Below the pieces are notes generated by a model, which searched no databases, had not been told where the DNA came from, and was given only the letters and a program-made list of their open reading frames with translations. DNA of 64,000 nt from an uncultured Steroidobacteraceae bacterium (lineage in GTDB: Bacteria; Pseudomonadota; Gammaproteobacteria; Steroidobacterales; Steroidobacteraceae). Within the stretch, counting starts at the first letter, position 1. Each line of letters opens with the position of its first letter. The stretch covers positions 15,231-79,230 of the forward strand of contig CAYYQQ010000001.1 in the NCBI GenBank assembly GCA_964473595.1, in the 5' to 3' direction. This document shows positions 9,381 through 19,297 of the stretch, piece after piece. Made by a program: the position numbers and the translations under genes.

Positions 9381-11090
9381 TCAGTTTGGCATCCGTTCGA
9401 ATACGACCTTGCCGGCCACCAGCGTCATGTCGACTTGCACGGAATGAATCTCGAGGGGAGCGGCCTCGAACAGGTTCTTGTCGAGAACCACGAGGTCTGC
9501 CGCTTTTCCGGCGGCCAGCGATCCCCTGCTAGCATCGTCGTGCATCAGATACGCCCCCGCGCTGGTGTAGGCAACGATGGCCTGCTCGAGATTGATACGT
9601 TCGTGCGGATTGAAGCTGCGATCTTCTTTCCCCTGCAGATCCATGCCGCCGGGATAGCGATGGGTGGTCGCTGTTTCGAGACCGGCAAGCGGTGAAACGC
9701 CGGTGACCGGCCAGTCCGTACCCCAAACCAGCATTGCGCCCGACGCCAGCAGCGTACGCGGTTGATACAGGCGTCTGCTGCGTTCGGGTCCGAACAGGCG
9801 CGGCGCAAATACGGTCTCCCACGCATCGCCAAGAATCCACAACGGCGACATATTCGCGATTACGCCGAGCGACCGGAAGCGCGCGATATCGGACGCGCCA
9901 ATAAGACAAAGGTGCGCGATGGTATGGCGGTTGTCGCGCAATCCGTTGTCGCGTCGCGCCACGGCGAACGCATCCAGCGCCGCGCGCACGGCGCCGTCGC
10001 CCTGGGCATGGACGTGGACCTGGAAATCCGCCGCGTCGAGGCGAGAGACAAGCCGGTTTAGCCGTTCCTGTTCGACGAACAGCTTGCCCTTGCCGAACTT
10101 CTTGTCGTCGCTGTACGGTTCCAGCAAAACCAGGGTATGAGACGCGTAGGCCCCATCAAGGAAAATTTTGACACAGCCGGCGCGTAACCGGCGTCCGGCC
10201 AATGCGCTGCGCTGCGCGATGAATGACTGGATTTGCACCTCGTCGTCTTGTTCAGGTGCGTACGACAAACAGAGGTTGCTGCGCATTTCCAGCGTGCCGC
10301 GCTGATCAAGAGCCTGGTACGCACCGGCAACCTCAGGTGTCGCCATTGCGTCCTCGAGGGCCGTAATGCCCAGTCGATGCATCTCCTGCAGTGCCGCCTG
10401 CAGGTTCTCCACGTGCTCTTCCGGTGACGGCGGCGGAATCACCGAGTTGACCAGCGCCATTGCAGATTCTTCTTGCAGCGCACCGGTTGACTGGCCCTGG
10501 GCATCGCGCTCGATGCGTCCGTTGGCGGGATCGGGAGTCGTGGCGGTGATGTGAGCTTCGGCCAGCGCCCGCGAATTGACCCAGGCTTCATGGCCGGAGT
10601 TATTTGTCAAATAGGCAGGTCGGTCCGAGACCACGGCATCGAGCATCTCGCGGGTAGGCTGGCCGCTCGGAAGAAACGCGACCTCGTCCCACCCGTCCCC
10701 CACAATCCACGGCTCCTCGGGGTGCTTCTTTGCATACTCGCGTATGCGTTCGAAAATTTGCTCACGCCGGATGAGTCCGTGAAGATCCAGGGAGGTAGCC
10801 GGATTCGGAGCCCACACCGGGTGTACGTGGGAGTCCTGGAAGCCGGGCAGCAGCATGCGTTGGCGCAGGTCGACGACGCGTGTCGCGGGACCGACGAACG
10901 TTCGCGCTGTTGCATCATCGCCGACATAAGCGATGTGCTCGCCGCTTACGACCAGCGCGGACGCCCAGCTGCGCGCGGCATCAACGGTATAGACGGCGCC
11001 GTTGACGAACACGATGTCCCCAGGGTTGGCCGCTGCGCTAAGCGTCGCGAAAGTCAATGCAAACAGGGAAAACATGACGCGTAACAACAT
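9381..11090 (-). CDS. Secreted amidohydrolase (Amidohydro_3 / YtcJ-like metal-dependent hydrolase)
   Basis: Signal peptide MLLRVMFSLFALTFATLSAAANP. HxH metal motif FQDSHVHPVW. C-terminal GKAADLVVLD. Confidence 0.8.
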   Translation of the reverse strand: MLLRVMFSLFALTFATLSAAANPGDIVFVNGAVYTVDAARSWASALVVSGEHIAYVGDDATARTFVGPATRVVDLRQRMLLPGFQDSHVHPVWAPNPATSLDLHGLIRREQIFERIREYAKKHPEEPWIVGDGWDEVAFLPSGQPTREMLDAVVSDRPAYLTNNSGHEAWVNSRALAEAHITATTPDPANGRIERDAQGQSTGALQEESAMALVNSVIPPPSPEEHVENLQAALQEMHRLGITALEDAMATPEVAGAYQALDQRGTLEMRSNLCLSYAPEQDDEVQIQSFIAQRSALAGRRLRAGCVKIFLDGAYASHTLVLLEPYSDDKKFGKGKLFVEQERLNRLVSRLDAADFQVHVHAQGDGAVRAALDAFAVARRDNGLRDNRHTIAHLCLIGASDIARFRSLGVIANMSPLWILGDAWETVFAPRLFGPERSRRLYQPRTLLASGAMLVWGTDWPVTGVSPLAGLETATTHRYPGGMDLQGKEDRSFNPHERINLEQAIVAYTSAGAYLMHDDASRGSLAAGKAADLVVLDKNLFEAAPLEIHSVQVDMTLVAGKVVFERMPN

Positions 11091-11312
11091 TTTCTGGCTC
11101 CTGTATCCGAGCAGAACTTTGGATCCGGCGCCGATGCGCCTTATTCTGGCTCATGTGCGAGGAAAGGAGAAACAAGACGCGCGCTGCACACGTATCCGGC
11201 TCCTGCGTCGAGTCAAAACGCAAAGCGCTGGTTCGGGACCACGGCAACGCATGGCCCTGACTGCGTCGGCGTAATGCAGGCAGCCACAGCCGATTGATTT
11301 CACGGCGCAGTA

Positions 11313-11377
11313 ACTGATCGAAGCCTTGTTACCCGATCAACTAGCCCTTGGGCCTTAATCCGAGCTTGACGCGCGCT
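11313..11377. repeat. Direct repeat copy 2, overlapping the functional 3' end ([12 protein letters not shown]-stop) of the BKACE gene
   Basis: See copy 1. The offset is 2003 bp for the identical 30-mer. Confidence 0.85.
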
Positions 11378-12228
11378 TCCTTGGGAGACATCACCCGGCC
11401 GCCGAGCTGATCGATGATGTGCGCGGCCTTCTCCACGAGCTGGCCATTGCTGGCCAGTACTCCGCGCTTGAGATACAGGTTGTCTTCCAGCCCTACGCGT
11501 ACATTGCCGCCCATGACCATCGCTTGCGCGGCCATCGGCATCTGCAGGCTGCCGGGTCCGAAGGAAAACCAGTTGGCGTCCGCAGGCAGTGCGTTGGTCA
11601 GCGCCAACATGGACGCGGTATCGGCACCCGCGCTCCAGGCAAAGCCCAGGCAGACCTGGAACAACGGCGGCGAATCGATCAGGCCCTGGTCGATCAGGTG
11701 GCGTGCACAGCGAATCTGGCCCAGGTCGAAGACTTCAAGTTCCGGTTTGACGCCGAGTTCCTTGCAGCGCGCCGCCATGGTTTGCAGGCATGCGGTGGTA
11801 TTGATGTAGACCTCATTTCCCATTCCGAAATTCATGCTGCCGCAGTCCAGGCTGCAGACTTCCGGCAGCAGCTCTTCGACGTGGGCAAGCCGCTCCAGCG
11901 GTCCCACCAGGTCGGTGCCGGGGCCCGCGATCGCGGCGTTCTCCTTGCCCGGCACGAAGTCACCGCCCATGCCGGAGGTGAGGTTGATGATCACGTCCAC
12001 GCCGCTGGCACGGACCATTTCGACGACTTCGCGGAACAATGCCGGATCGCGACTGCCCTTGCCGGTTTTCGGGTTGCGCACATGGATGTGCGTCATTGCG
12101 GCGCCAGCGTTTGCCGCGTCGATGCAGGCGTCGGCGATCTGCCTGGGAGTCACGGGCACCCCGGGATGCTTGCCCACTGTGTCCGCCGCGCCTGTGATGG
12201 CGCAGGTGATGATGACGTCGCGATTCAT
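11341..12228 (-). CDS. BKACE family enzyme (3-keto-5-aminohexanoate cleavage-like); candidate dehydrocarnitine cleavage enzyme
   Basis: [61 protein letters not shown] is a typical BKACE/DUF849 N-terminus. The gene is last in the operon with the L-carnitine-dehydrogenase-like gene. Confidence 0.8.
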   Translation of the reverse strand: MNRDVIITCAITGAADTVGKHPGVPVTPRQIADACIDAANAGAAMTHIHVRNPKTGKGSRDPALFREVVEMVRASGVDVIINLTSGMGGDFVPGKENAAIAGPGTDLVGPLERLAHVEELLPEVCSLDCGSMNFGMGNEVYINTTACLQTMAARCKELGVKPELEVFDLGQIRCARHLIDQGLIDSPPLFQVCLGFAWSAGADTASMLALTNALPADANWFSFGPGSLQMPMAAQAMVMGGNVRVGLEDNLYLKRGVLASNGQLVEKAAHIIDQLGGRVMSPKEARVKLGLRPKG

Positions 12229-12246
12229 GTTGAGCCTCCCGACTTG

Positions 12247-14367
12247 TCAGTCTGATCCATGTAGACATACCAGCGCATCGACGGCCACTACCCCTTGCCC
12301 TTGCGGCAAAACGATCAGCGGATTGACGTCGAGGTCCTGCAATGTCTCCCAGTGCGCCTCGGCGAACGCGGCGACGCTCAGAATTGCATCGACGGCGGCC
12401 CCGATGTCGCCGGCCGGCTTGCCGCGAAAGCCGCGCAGCAATGTCGCGACTTTCAGTGACATCAGTGCCCGCTCGACGCTCTTTCTATCGGTTGGCAACA
12501 GCAGGCTGGCGCTGTCTCCGATCAGCTCAACGAGTACACCACCGGAGCCGATCACCAGGGCCAGGCCAAATTGCTCGTCGCGCTGGATGCCGACAATCAA
12601 TTCGGCCACGCCCCCCTCGACCATGTGCTCGATGAGAAACGACTCGACCGACAGTCCGTGAGCGCTGACGGCAGCGCGGATCGACTCGCCAGCGGCCAGT
12701 ACGTCCTCGGGGCTCCGCAAGCCAAGCCGCACGGCTCCCAGTTCCGACTTGTGCGCGAAGGCCGCGCCGCAGGCCTTCAGGACGACAGGAAACCCGATCT
12801 CCGCGGCGGCAGCGCCGATTTCCGCGTAGGCCACGAGGCGCCCTTTCGGCACACTGAGGCCAAACTCGGCGAGCCGTCTCTTGCATTGCCATTCATCCAG
12901 GTTCTTTGCCGCAGTGGCACCCGACGGAACGGGCGCAGTAAACCTGGGCAGTGGCGTGGCGCTGCGTGCCTGTCGCCACTGCTGGTAGTCGGCTGCCGCG
13001 GCCAGTGCAAACAGCCCGTCGTCCAGTCCCTGCAGGGGCGTGACGCCTGCCTTTATCAAGCGTTCGCGCAGATCCCGCGGCAGCAGCTCCGACACCGTAC
13101 AGGCAACGAAAGCGCGCATGCCGGTCGTTTCGTGCGCTGCGATGAATGCATCCAGTGCGTCGATCCATTCCGCCACTTCGTCGGCCACCACCGTCGGATG
13201 GTCGTATACCAGGATGGCGGCATGGTGCGTGCCGCTCATCGCCAGCGTGAAGCAGCGTCGCATGGCCTCCTTGTCGCCCCATATCGAGGTGTTGTAGTCG
13301 AAGGGATTGGAAACGGTCACGTAGCCGGGGAACAGCTCATACAGTGCACGGGTCTGCGACTCCGAGAGTGGCGGCGTTTTCAGGCCATACACTGCGCTCA
13401 GGTCGGCGAGTATCGCAGCTTCGCCGCCGGAACAGGACAAGGTCACGATGTCGTGCCCGGGCATCGGCCCCGCCACGTCGAAAACTTTCAGGGTTTCCAG
13501 CAACCCATTCAATGAATTTACGCGAATGACCCCCAGCCGGTCGAACAGCGCCTGGTAGAGGATGTCTGACCCGGTCAGCGAACTGGTATGACTGCTGGCG
13601 CGCTGGGAAGCCGCCTGTGTGCGGCCGACTTTCATCACCACGATGGGCACACTTTTTTCCAGGGCGCGAACAGCCATGCGTGCGAAAGCGTCCAGGTCAT
13701 CGAGCCCTTCCAGGTACATGCCGACCGCGCGAACCCTTCGATCCTCGAGCAGCGCTTCAAGGTAATCGGCCGGTCCCAGTACTGCCTGGTTACCGGCACA
13801 GATGACGTGGGTGAAGCGCACCGAGCGCTCGTTCATCGTCAGGTTCATGGCGATATTGCCGCTCTGGGAAATCAGCGCCACGCCTTGTTGAATGTGTGCA
13901 CCGCCAAACATGTAGGGCCACAGCGCGCAGCGGTCAACGTAGTTGACAAAGCCGTAGCAGTTCGGCCCGACCAATGGCATGGCCCCGGCTGCTTCGACCA
14001 GCTGCTCCTGCAAAGCACGGCCATCCCCGCCGACTTCGGAGAAACCTGCCGCGTAGCACACACAGCCACCCGCGCCCCGTTCTGAAAGGGCGCGCACGAC
14101 CTCGATCGTCGCCGTACGGTTTACCCCGACATAGGCCGCATCCGGCACCACCGGCAAGGCATCGACGCTCGGGTAGCAGTGATGGCCGGACATCATTTCA
14201 CGCGAGGGATGCACCGCGTAGATTTCGCCATCGAAACCTGCCTCCAGGCAGCGTCCCATGGCCATCTCCGCGATGCCGCCACCGATGAATGCAATGCTGC
14301 GTGGTGCCAGCAGGCGGCCCAGCCGCGACGGGTTCGAGGAGCTGAAATCAGCCATCCTGTTCTGCAC
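12247..14367 (-). CDS. ADP(NDP)-forming acyl-CoA synthetase, fused alpha/beta (CoA-binding, ligase and ATP-grasp domains)
   Basis: 706 aa. N-terminal CoA-binding fold RSIAFIGGG, succinyl-CoA-synthetase-like middle domains, and a C-terminal ATP-grasp domain (GFPVVLKACGAAFAHKSELGAV). The start is GTG 14367 or ATG 14355. Confidence 0.75.
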   Translation of the reverse strand: MQNRMADFSSSNPSRLGRLLAPRSIAFIGGGIAEMAMGRCLEAGFDGEIYAVHPSREMMSGHHCYPSVDALPVVPDAAYVGVNRTATIEVVRALSERGAGGCVCYAAGFSEVGGDGRALQEQLVEAAGAMPLVGPNCYGFVNYVDRCALWPYMFGGAHIQQGVALISQSGNIAMNLTMNERSVRFTHVICAGNQAVLGPADYLEALLEDRRVRAVGMYLEGLDDLDAFARMAVRALEKSVPIVVMKVGRTQAASQRASSHTSSLTGSDILYQALFDRLGVIRVNSLNGLLETLKVFDVAGPMPGHDIVTLSCSGGEAAILADLSAVYGLKTPPLSESQTRALYELFPGYVTVSNPFDYNTSIWGDKEAMRRCFTLAMSGTHHAAILVYDHPTVVADEVAEWIDALDAFIAAHETTGMRAFVACTVSELLPRDLRERLIKAGVTPLQGLDDGLFALAAAADYQQWRQARSATPLPRFTAPVPSGATAAKNLDEWQCKRRLAEFGLSVPKGRLVAYAEIGAAAAEIGFPVVLKACGAAFAHKSELGAVRLGLRSPEDVLAAGESIRAAVSAHGLSVESFLIEHMVEGGVAELIVGIQRDEQFGLALVIGSGGVLVELIGDSASLLLPTDRKSVERALMSLKVATLLRGFRGKPAGDIGAAVDAILSVAAFAEAHWETLQDLDVNPLIVLPQGQGVVAVDALVCLHGSD

Positions 14368-14370
14368 GGG

Positions 14371-15324
14371 CTACAGGCCCGGCGGTGGCCCCCTGAGCAG
14401 TTTCAACATGCCGATCAGGTAAGCGTCGCGCTCCTTGATCATGTCCGCAATACTGCGTCCAGCGGCGATATCCTCGCAGCCGGATATCAATTTTTCACGC
14501 AGTTCATCGGTCAATTCCGGCGCCTCAAGGCGGGTCCACGGCCATTTCAGGGTTGGACCAAACTGGTCGAGAACGTGCGCCATTCCGCCTTCTCCGCCTG
14601 CCAGGTGATAGATCATGCCAGGCCCGATGATGGCCCAGCGCAAGCCCGGCCCGTTGCTGATCGCATCATCTATCTGCCGCACCGTCGCCTCTCCGGCATT
14701 AACCATGTGCAGCATCTCGCGCCACATCGCCTCTTGCAGCCGCCCGGCGATGAATCCCGGAACCTCGTGATGCATCTTCACCACGCGTTTCCCGAACGCC
14801 GTGTAAAACTCGGCAGCCCAGTCCACCGCATCCGGTGCGGTCCGCTCGCCGCCGACGACCTCAACCAGCGGTATCAGGTATGGCGGGTTGAAGGGGTGTC
14901 CGACCACCGTGCGTTCAGGATGCCGGCACTTGACCTGCATGTCGGTCATTCTCAGGCCCGACGTGCTCGACAGCAGCACGGTGTCCGCGGCCGCGGCCGC
15001 GTCGATGCGGGCCAGGATATCGATCTTCGACTCGAGCACTTCGGGGCTGCTCTCCTGAACCACGTCGGCATCGGCCACCGCCTGTTCCAGGCTGCTCACG
15101 AAGCGGATCCGGTCCGGCGCGGCCCCCGGCTTCAGACCCAGACGCTCGAGCGCAGGCCAGGCATTGTCCCGCATGCCGGCAAAACGGCGCTCGCAATCAG
15201 GGTCCGGATCGTAGGCCACGACGTCCACGCCTTGCGCCAGAAAATGCAGCGCCCAGCCACCGCCGATGACGCCGGTGCCGACGATGCCGACCCGCGTTAC
15301 CCTGGCAGGCTCTTTCCGACTCAT
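14371..15324 (-). CDS. lcdH: L-carnitine dehydrogenase-like 3-hydroxyacyl-CoA dehydrogenase family protein
   Basis: 317 aa starting at MSRKEPARVTRVGIVGTGVIGGGWA (NAD fold). HPFNPPYLIPLVEVV and the C-terminal LRW..GP..HLAGGEGGM block resemble LCDH-type enzymes. The track ORF (to 15855) carries a spurious 177-aa N-terminal extension. Confidence 0.7.
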   Translation of the reverse strand: MSRKEPARVTRVGIVGTGVIGGGWALHFLAQGVDVVAYDPDPDCERRFAGMRDNAWPALERLGLKPGAAPDRIRFVSSLEQAVADADVVQESSPEVLESKIDILARIDAAAAADTVLLSSTSGLRMTDMQVKCRHPERTVVGHPFNPPYLIPLVEVVGGERTAPDAVDWAAEFYTAFGKRVVKMHHEVPGFIAGRLQEAMWREMLHMVNAGEATVRQIDDAISNGPGLRWAIIGPGMIYHLAGGEGGMAHVLDQFGPTLKWPWTRLEAPELTDELREKLISGCEDIAAGRSIADMIKERDAYLIGMLKLLRGPPPGL

Positions 15325-15350
15325 GACTCTGGTGTCTGCATGGCCCTTGA

Positions 15351-16511
15351 TCACTTTTCCAGTGGACGCAGGATTGCCCGCGAAATGATGTGACGCTGGA
15401 TCTCGCTCGTCCCATCCCATATCCGGTCCAATCGCGCGTCGCGCCAGAAGCGCTCGATCGGCAGGGAATTCATCAGGCCCATGCCACCAAATATCTGCAC
15501 TGCGTTGTCGGTGACCCGGGCCAGCATCTCCGTCGCGAATACCTTGGCCATCGCGGCATCCTGGTCGGTCATCGTGCCCTGGTCGTGCTTCCAGGCCGCT
15601 TTGAGCGTCAGCATCTCCGCGGCCGCAATCTCGGTTGCCATGTCGGCGATCTTGAAACCGGTTCCCTGGAACTTGCCGATTGGCTGACCAAACTGCTTGC
15701 GCGTTGCGGCCCATTCGGCGGCCATCTCGAATACGCGCATGGCGCGACCGACCGCCAGTGCGCCAACCGACAGGCGTGCTGGCGACAGCCATTTGCTCGA
15801 GAGTTCGAAACCCTCCCCAGGCTTGCCCAGCATCTGTCGCGAATGAACCCGGCAATCATCGAAAAACAGCTCGGCGTGATCGTAGCCGCGATGCGACGTG
15901 CAGACCGGACCCCTGCGCCATGTAAAGCCCGGCGTGCCCTTGTCGATCAGGAATGCGCTGATCTCGCTGCGCCGCCCGCGCGGCGTTTCCTTCTGTCCGG
16001 TAACCGCGAACAGGATGACGTAATCGGCGCGCACCCCGAAGCTGATGAAATGCTTGGCGCCATTGATGACATAGTCATCGCCGTCGCGTACTGCCCGCGT
16101 GGTCATCGACGCGAGGTCCGAACCGGCGCCGGGTTCGCTCATCGCGATGCAGTCCAGGCGCTCGCCGCGCACGGTGGGCTTCAGATAGGTCTCCATCTGC
16201 TCCGGTGAACCTGCCTCGAGTATGTTGCACGGTCGATGCACGATGTAGTGCAACGCATAGGAGACCCAGCCAAATTCGCGTTCGACCAGCGCGAAACTCA
16301 GGGCGTTGAGACCGCCGCCGCCGTATTTCTCCGAAATATTGGCAGCAAAAAAACCCGATTCGATGGCCTTGCGCTTGATCTGCTCGAACAAATCATCTGG
16401 TACGGCGTCCTGCGCTTCAACCAGGTCCTCGTGCGGCAAGAGCTCTTTCCGCACAAAGGCCCTGGCGCTGTCAATTATGAGTTGCTGCTCTTCGCTAGGT
16501 GAAAAGTCCAT
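15351..16511 (-). CDS. Acyl-CoA dehydrogenase (candidate gamma-butyrobetainyl-CoA / crotonobetainyl-CoA reductase-type, CaiA-like role)
   Basis: MDFSPSEEQQ start, then SEPGAGSDLASM and a C-terminal ERFWRDARLDRIWDGTSEIQR acyl-CoA dehydrogenase signature. First gene of the operon. ATG 16511 is preferred over the track's 16586. Confidence 0.85.
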   Translation of the reverse strand: MDFSPSEEQQLIIDSARAFVRKELLPHEDLVEAQDAVPDDLFEQIKRKAIESGFFAANISEKYGGGGLNALSFALVEREFGWVSYALHYIVHRPCNILEAGSPEQMETYLKPTVRGERLDCIAMSEPGAGSDLASMTTRAVRDGDDYVINGAKHFISFGVRADYVILFAVTGQKETPRGRRSEISAFLIDKGTPGFTWRRGPVCTSHRGYDHAELFFDDCRVHSRQMLGKPGEGFELSSKWLSPARLSVGALAVGRAMRVFEMAAEWAATRKQFGQPIGKFQGTGFKIADMATEIAAAEMLTLKAAWKHDQGTMTDQDAAMAKVFATEMLARVTDNAVQIFGGMGLMNSLPIERFWRDARLDRIWDGTSEIQRHIISRAILRPLEK

Positions 16512-16589
16512 ATCGTCCTCACGGGAAGCAGCAACAACGAGTACACGGTACGTTGCAAGCCTGGATCCATGCATCACAATCATCACTCG

Positions 16590-16666
16590 TATTCACCCTG
16601 CGCGCAATGGAACCAGCCGGACTATTCACCTGTATCTCCAGCCAATTGAGTCACCAGCAATTCACG
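16590..16666. promoter_or_regulatory. Three direct ATTCAC(C/G) repeats in the divergent promoter region between the carnitine-type operon and the MFS gene
   Basis: TATTCACC at 16590-16597 and 16623-16630, and AATTCACG at 16659-16666, spaced 33 and 36 bp apart. TATTCAC also occurs at 24580-24586, in front of the caiD-like gene. Confidence 0.3.
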
Positions 16667-16735
16667 AGTATTCTTGGCCGCATCATCGGAGAGTCCACGT
16701 GCGTCAACTCGGTATGAACAACGCTTGCTGGTCCA

Positions 16736-17962
16736 ATGCCGGGTGACGCTGCCCCGGTGATCCGAAGCCCTTGGGCGGTGCTCGCCGCCCTCGTCGTGGT
16801 CGGGTTCGCGTGCTACGGCACAGGGGTCTATGCGTTCACCCAGTTCCTGACGCCGTTGGCGAACGAGTTCGGGTGGGGAAGGGCGGTTACAGGCGGCGCG
16901 ATGTCCGCGTTCTGGGTTGCGTCGCCCCTGGTCCCATGGATCGCAGTGTGGGCGGGACGTGGGGGCCCGCGACGGCCGATCATTACCGGCGCGCTACTAG
17001 AGGGCGCGAGTCTCGTCCTACTGGCCTTCGTCGAAGACGCCTGGCAGCTCTATGCGTTGCGCGTGTTGATGGGCCTCGGAAAGCTGCTGATGGTCGTACC
17101 GATACCGATTGAACTGGCGCGGAAGTTCGGAATGCGGGCAGGATTCGCAATCGCCATTGCGTACGCCGGCTGGCATCTCGGTGGCGTGGTGCTCGCGCCG
17201 ACCGCACAGTGGCTGATTGCGGCCTACGGATGGCGGGAGGCTGCGGTGGCGTTGGGGGGGACGGTCATCGTTTTGATTCTGAGCCTGTCGCCGTGGTTTG
17301 AGACGCGCAGCAAGACGGATGCGGATACAGGAGGCGCCGCCAAGGCCGCGGGCGTTCGTCGCGCCGGCGCGTTGCTCTTCGGCCGTCCTGCGCTGCGGTA
17401 CCTGACGGTCGTCACGATGGTTGCGTATGCGGCCGCGTTTTCGATGCTGACGCATGTCAGCCCGTTTCTTGCCGATACCGGCGTTGCGGCACCAACAATC
17501 GCGAACCTGGTCGGCTCGATCGCATTCGCCGCCATGGTGGGCGTCATCCTGTCGGGTGCGGCGACGCAGCGATGGAGCACGCGGACCCTCGGGCTGGTGT
17601 CGCTGATGGGATTCACCGTGGCGGCCCTCGTACTCGGGGCAATCTCGCTCGGCGACGCGGCACCTGGGGTGCCGACGCTCGTTGCAACGGTGCTGTTGTT
17701 CGGCCTCGTCCTGGGCGGTGCCGACGCGGTGTGGATCGAGCAATTGCGTCGGCTGAGTGCGCCGCAGGACTTTCCGGCGATCTATGGCTGGTGGTACCTG
17801 ACGGTGCTCATATCACTTACGGTGGCCCCAATAATCGCAGGCGTGATCTACGATGCGACCGGATCATACTTGCGGGTGTTTGCGGGGCTGGCCGCCGGAT
17901 TGGTTGCAGCCATGGCACTGCTGCGCTTCGCCGTGCCGCCAGGTTCGCGGGTCGGAAACTGA
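16736..17962 (+). CDS. MFS transporter
   Basis: 408 aa and almost entirely hydrophobic, with about 12 predicted helices and a central basic loop (TRSKTDADTGGAAKAAGVRRAG). Confidence 0.7.
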   Translation: MPGDAAPVIRSPWAVLAALVVVGFACYGTGVYAFTQFLTPLANEFGWGRAVTGGAMSAFWVASPLVPWIAVWAGRGGPRRPIITGALLEGASLVLLAFVEDAWQLYALRVLMGLGKLLMVVPIPIELARKFGMRAGFAIAIAYAGWHLGGVVLAPTAQWLIAAYGWREAAVALGGTVIVLILSLSPWFETRSKTDADTGGAAKAAGVRRAGALLFGRPALRYLTVVTMVAYAAAFSMLTHVSPFLADTGVAAPTIANLVGSIAFAAMVGVILSGAATQRWSTRTLGLVSLMGFTVAALVLGAISLGDAAPGVPTLVATVLLFGLVLGGADAVWIEQLRRLSAPQDFPAIYGWWYLTVLISLTVAPIIAGVIYDATGSYLRVFAGLAAGLVAAMALLRFAVPPGSRVGN

Positions 17963-18061
17963 TCGGCTGCGGCTGGACTGGAGTGACCGGTGTGCCGGAC
18001 TTGACGCTGCGCTGAACAGGCAGGGAGTTGTCGCGGGATTTCACCACATACGAGAAGCAGC

Positions 18062-19228
18062 TCAGTAAGACTTGGGCAGTCCGAGCGCTTTCTCAGCGAT
18101 ATTGCACAGGATCAATTGCGGGCTGATGGGCGCAAGGCGCGTGATCAGGACTTCGCGCAGCAGCCTTTCCACATGGAATTCTTTGGCATAACCCATGCCG
18201 CCGTGGGTCATCACGGCCTGAGTGCAGGCTTTGAAACCCGCCTCAGCCGCGAGGTACTTGGCGGCATTGGCCTCGACACCGCACGGCTGACCGGCATCGT
18301 AAAGACTGGCCGCACGCATGGTCATCAGCCACGCCGCCTCCAGCTCCATCCAACTTTGCGCCAGCGGATGCTGGATCGACTGGTTCTGGCCGATCGGCCG
18401 GTCGAAAACCACACGGTCCTTGGCATACTGGGTGGCGCGGGCTAGAGCGTTGCGGCCGATGCCGATGGCTTCCGCCGCGATCAGGATGCGCTCGGGATTG
18501 AGGCTATGCAGCAGATAATGGAAGCCCTTGCCTTCCTCCCCGATCCGGTCTTTTTCCGGCACCGGCAGGCCGTCGATGAACACTTCACATGAATCCACCG
18601 CAGCGCGGCCCATCTTGGGTATGGTTTGCACATCACAATAATTGCGATCCAGCCTGGTATAGAACAGCGTCATTCCATCGGTGGGACGCACACAATCTTC
18701 CTTCGGTGTGGTTCGTGTCAGTAGCATGATCTGGTCAGCTTCCTGTGCGGTTGAAGTCCAGATCTTCTTCCCATCGACCTTGTAACCCGTGTCCGTGCGC
18801 ACCGCGCGGGTTTTGATTGACGTCGTGTTGAGCCCGGCGTCGGGTTCGGTGACGCTGAAACAAGCCTGGCTCGTGCCCTGAATCAGGCCCGGCAGCCAGC
18901 GATGTTTTTGTTCCTCGCTGCCGAAGACCACGATGGGGTGGGGACCGAAGATATTGATGTGGATGGCCGAGGCGGCGCTCATCGCGCCGGAAGAATTGGC
19001 CACCGCGTGCATCATCAGGGCCGCCTCGGTCGCGCCCAGTCCCGCACCACCAAACTCTTCCGGCATGGTAATGCCGAGCCAGCCCCCATCCGCCATGGCA
19101 CGATGGAAGTCAACAGGGAATTCTCCGGTCCGGTCGTGTTCCAGCCAGTAATCATCATCGAACACGGCGCAGGCTTTTGGCACTTCATTGCAAATCGCCT
19201 GTTGGTCCGGAGTCAGCGAAAAATCCAT
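18062..19228 (-). CDS. Acyl-CoA dehydrogenase
   Basis: MDFSLTPDQQ start, VTEPDAGLNTTS, and a C-terminal ERLLREVLITRLAPISPQL pattern typical of acyl-CoA dehydrogenases. Confidence 0.85.
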   Translation of the reverse strand: MDFSLTPDQQAICNEVPKACAVFDDDYWLEHDRTGEFPVDFHRAMADGGWLGITMPEEFGGAGLGATEAALMMHAVANSSGAMSAASAIHINIFGPHPIVVFGSEEQKHRWLPGLIQGTSQACFSVTEPDAGLNTTSIKTRAVRTDTGYKVDGKKIWTSTAQEADQIMLLTRTTPKEDCVRPTDGMTLFYTRLDRNYCDVQTIPKMGRAAVDSCEVFIDGLPVPEKDRIGEEGKGFHYLLHSLNPERILIAAEAIGIGRNALARATQYAKDRVVFDRPIGQNQSIQHPLAQSWMELEAAWLMTMRAASLYDAGQPCGVEANAAKYLAAEAGFKACTQAVMTHGGMGYAKEFHVERLLREVLITRLAPISPQLILCNIAEKALGLPKSY

Positions 19229-19297
19229 CAGCCAATTCTCCCGTCAGCCCGCGTGCGCTTTTCTACGCGGGCGTCGAAAACATTTTTCCAGGTACTC

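Noticed and set aside
14371-15855. Long N-terminal extensions in track ORFs (for example the 494-aa version of the LCDH-like gene). Others start at 16586, 30204, 39688, 51075, 52834, 53919, 54968, 57773, 61844 and 63412.
   Set aside because: The extensions overlap the upstream gene, are Arg/Gly-rich nonsense, and precede an internal Met that aligns with the expected family N-terminus. That Met often has an RBS or an ATGA coupling overlap.
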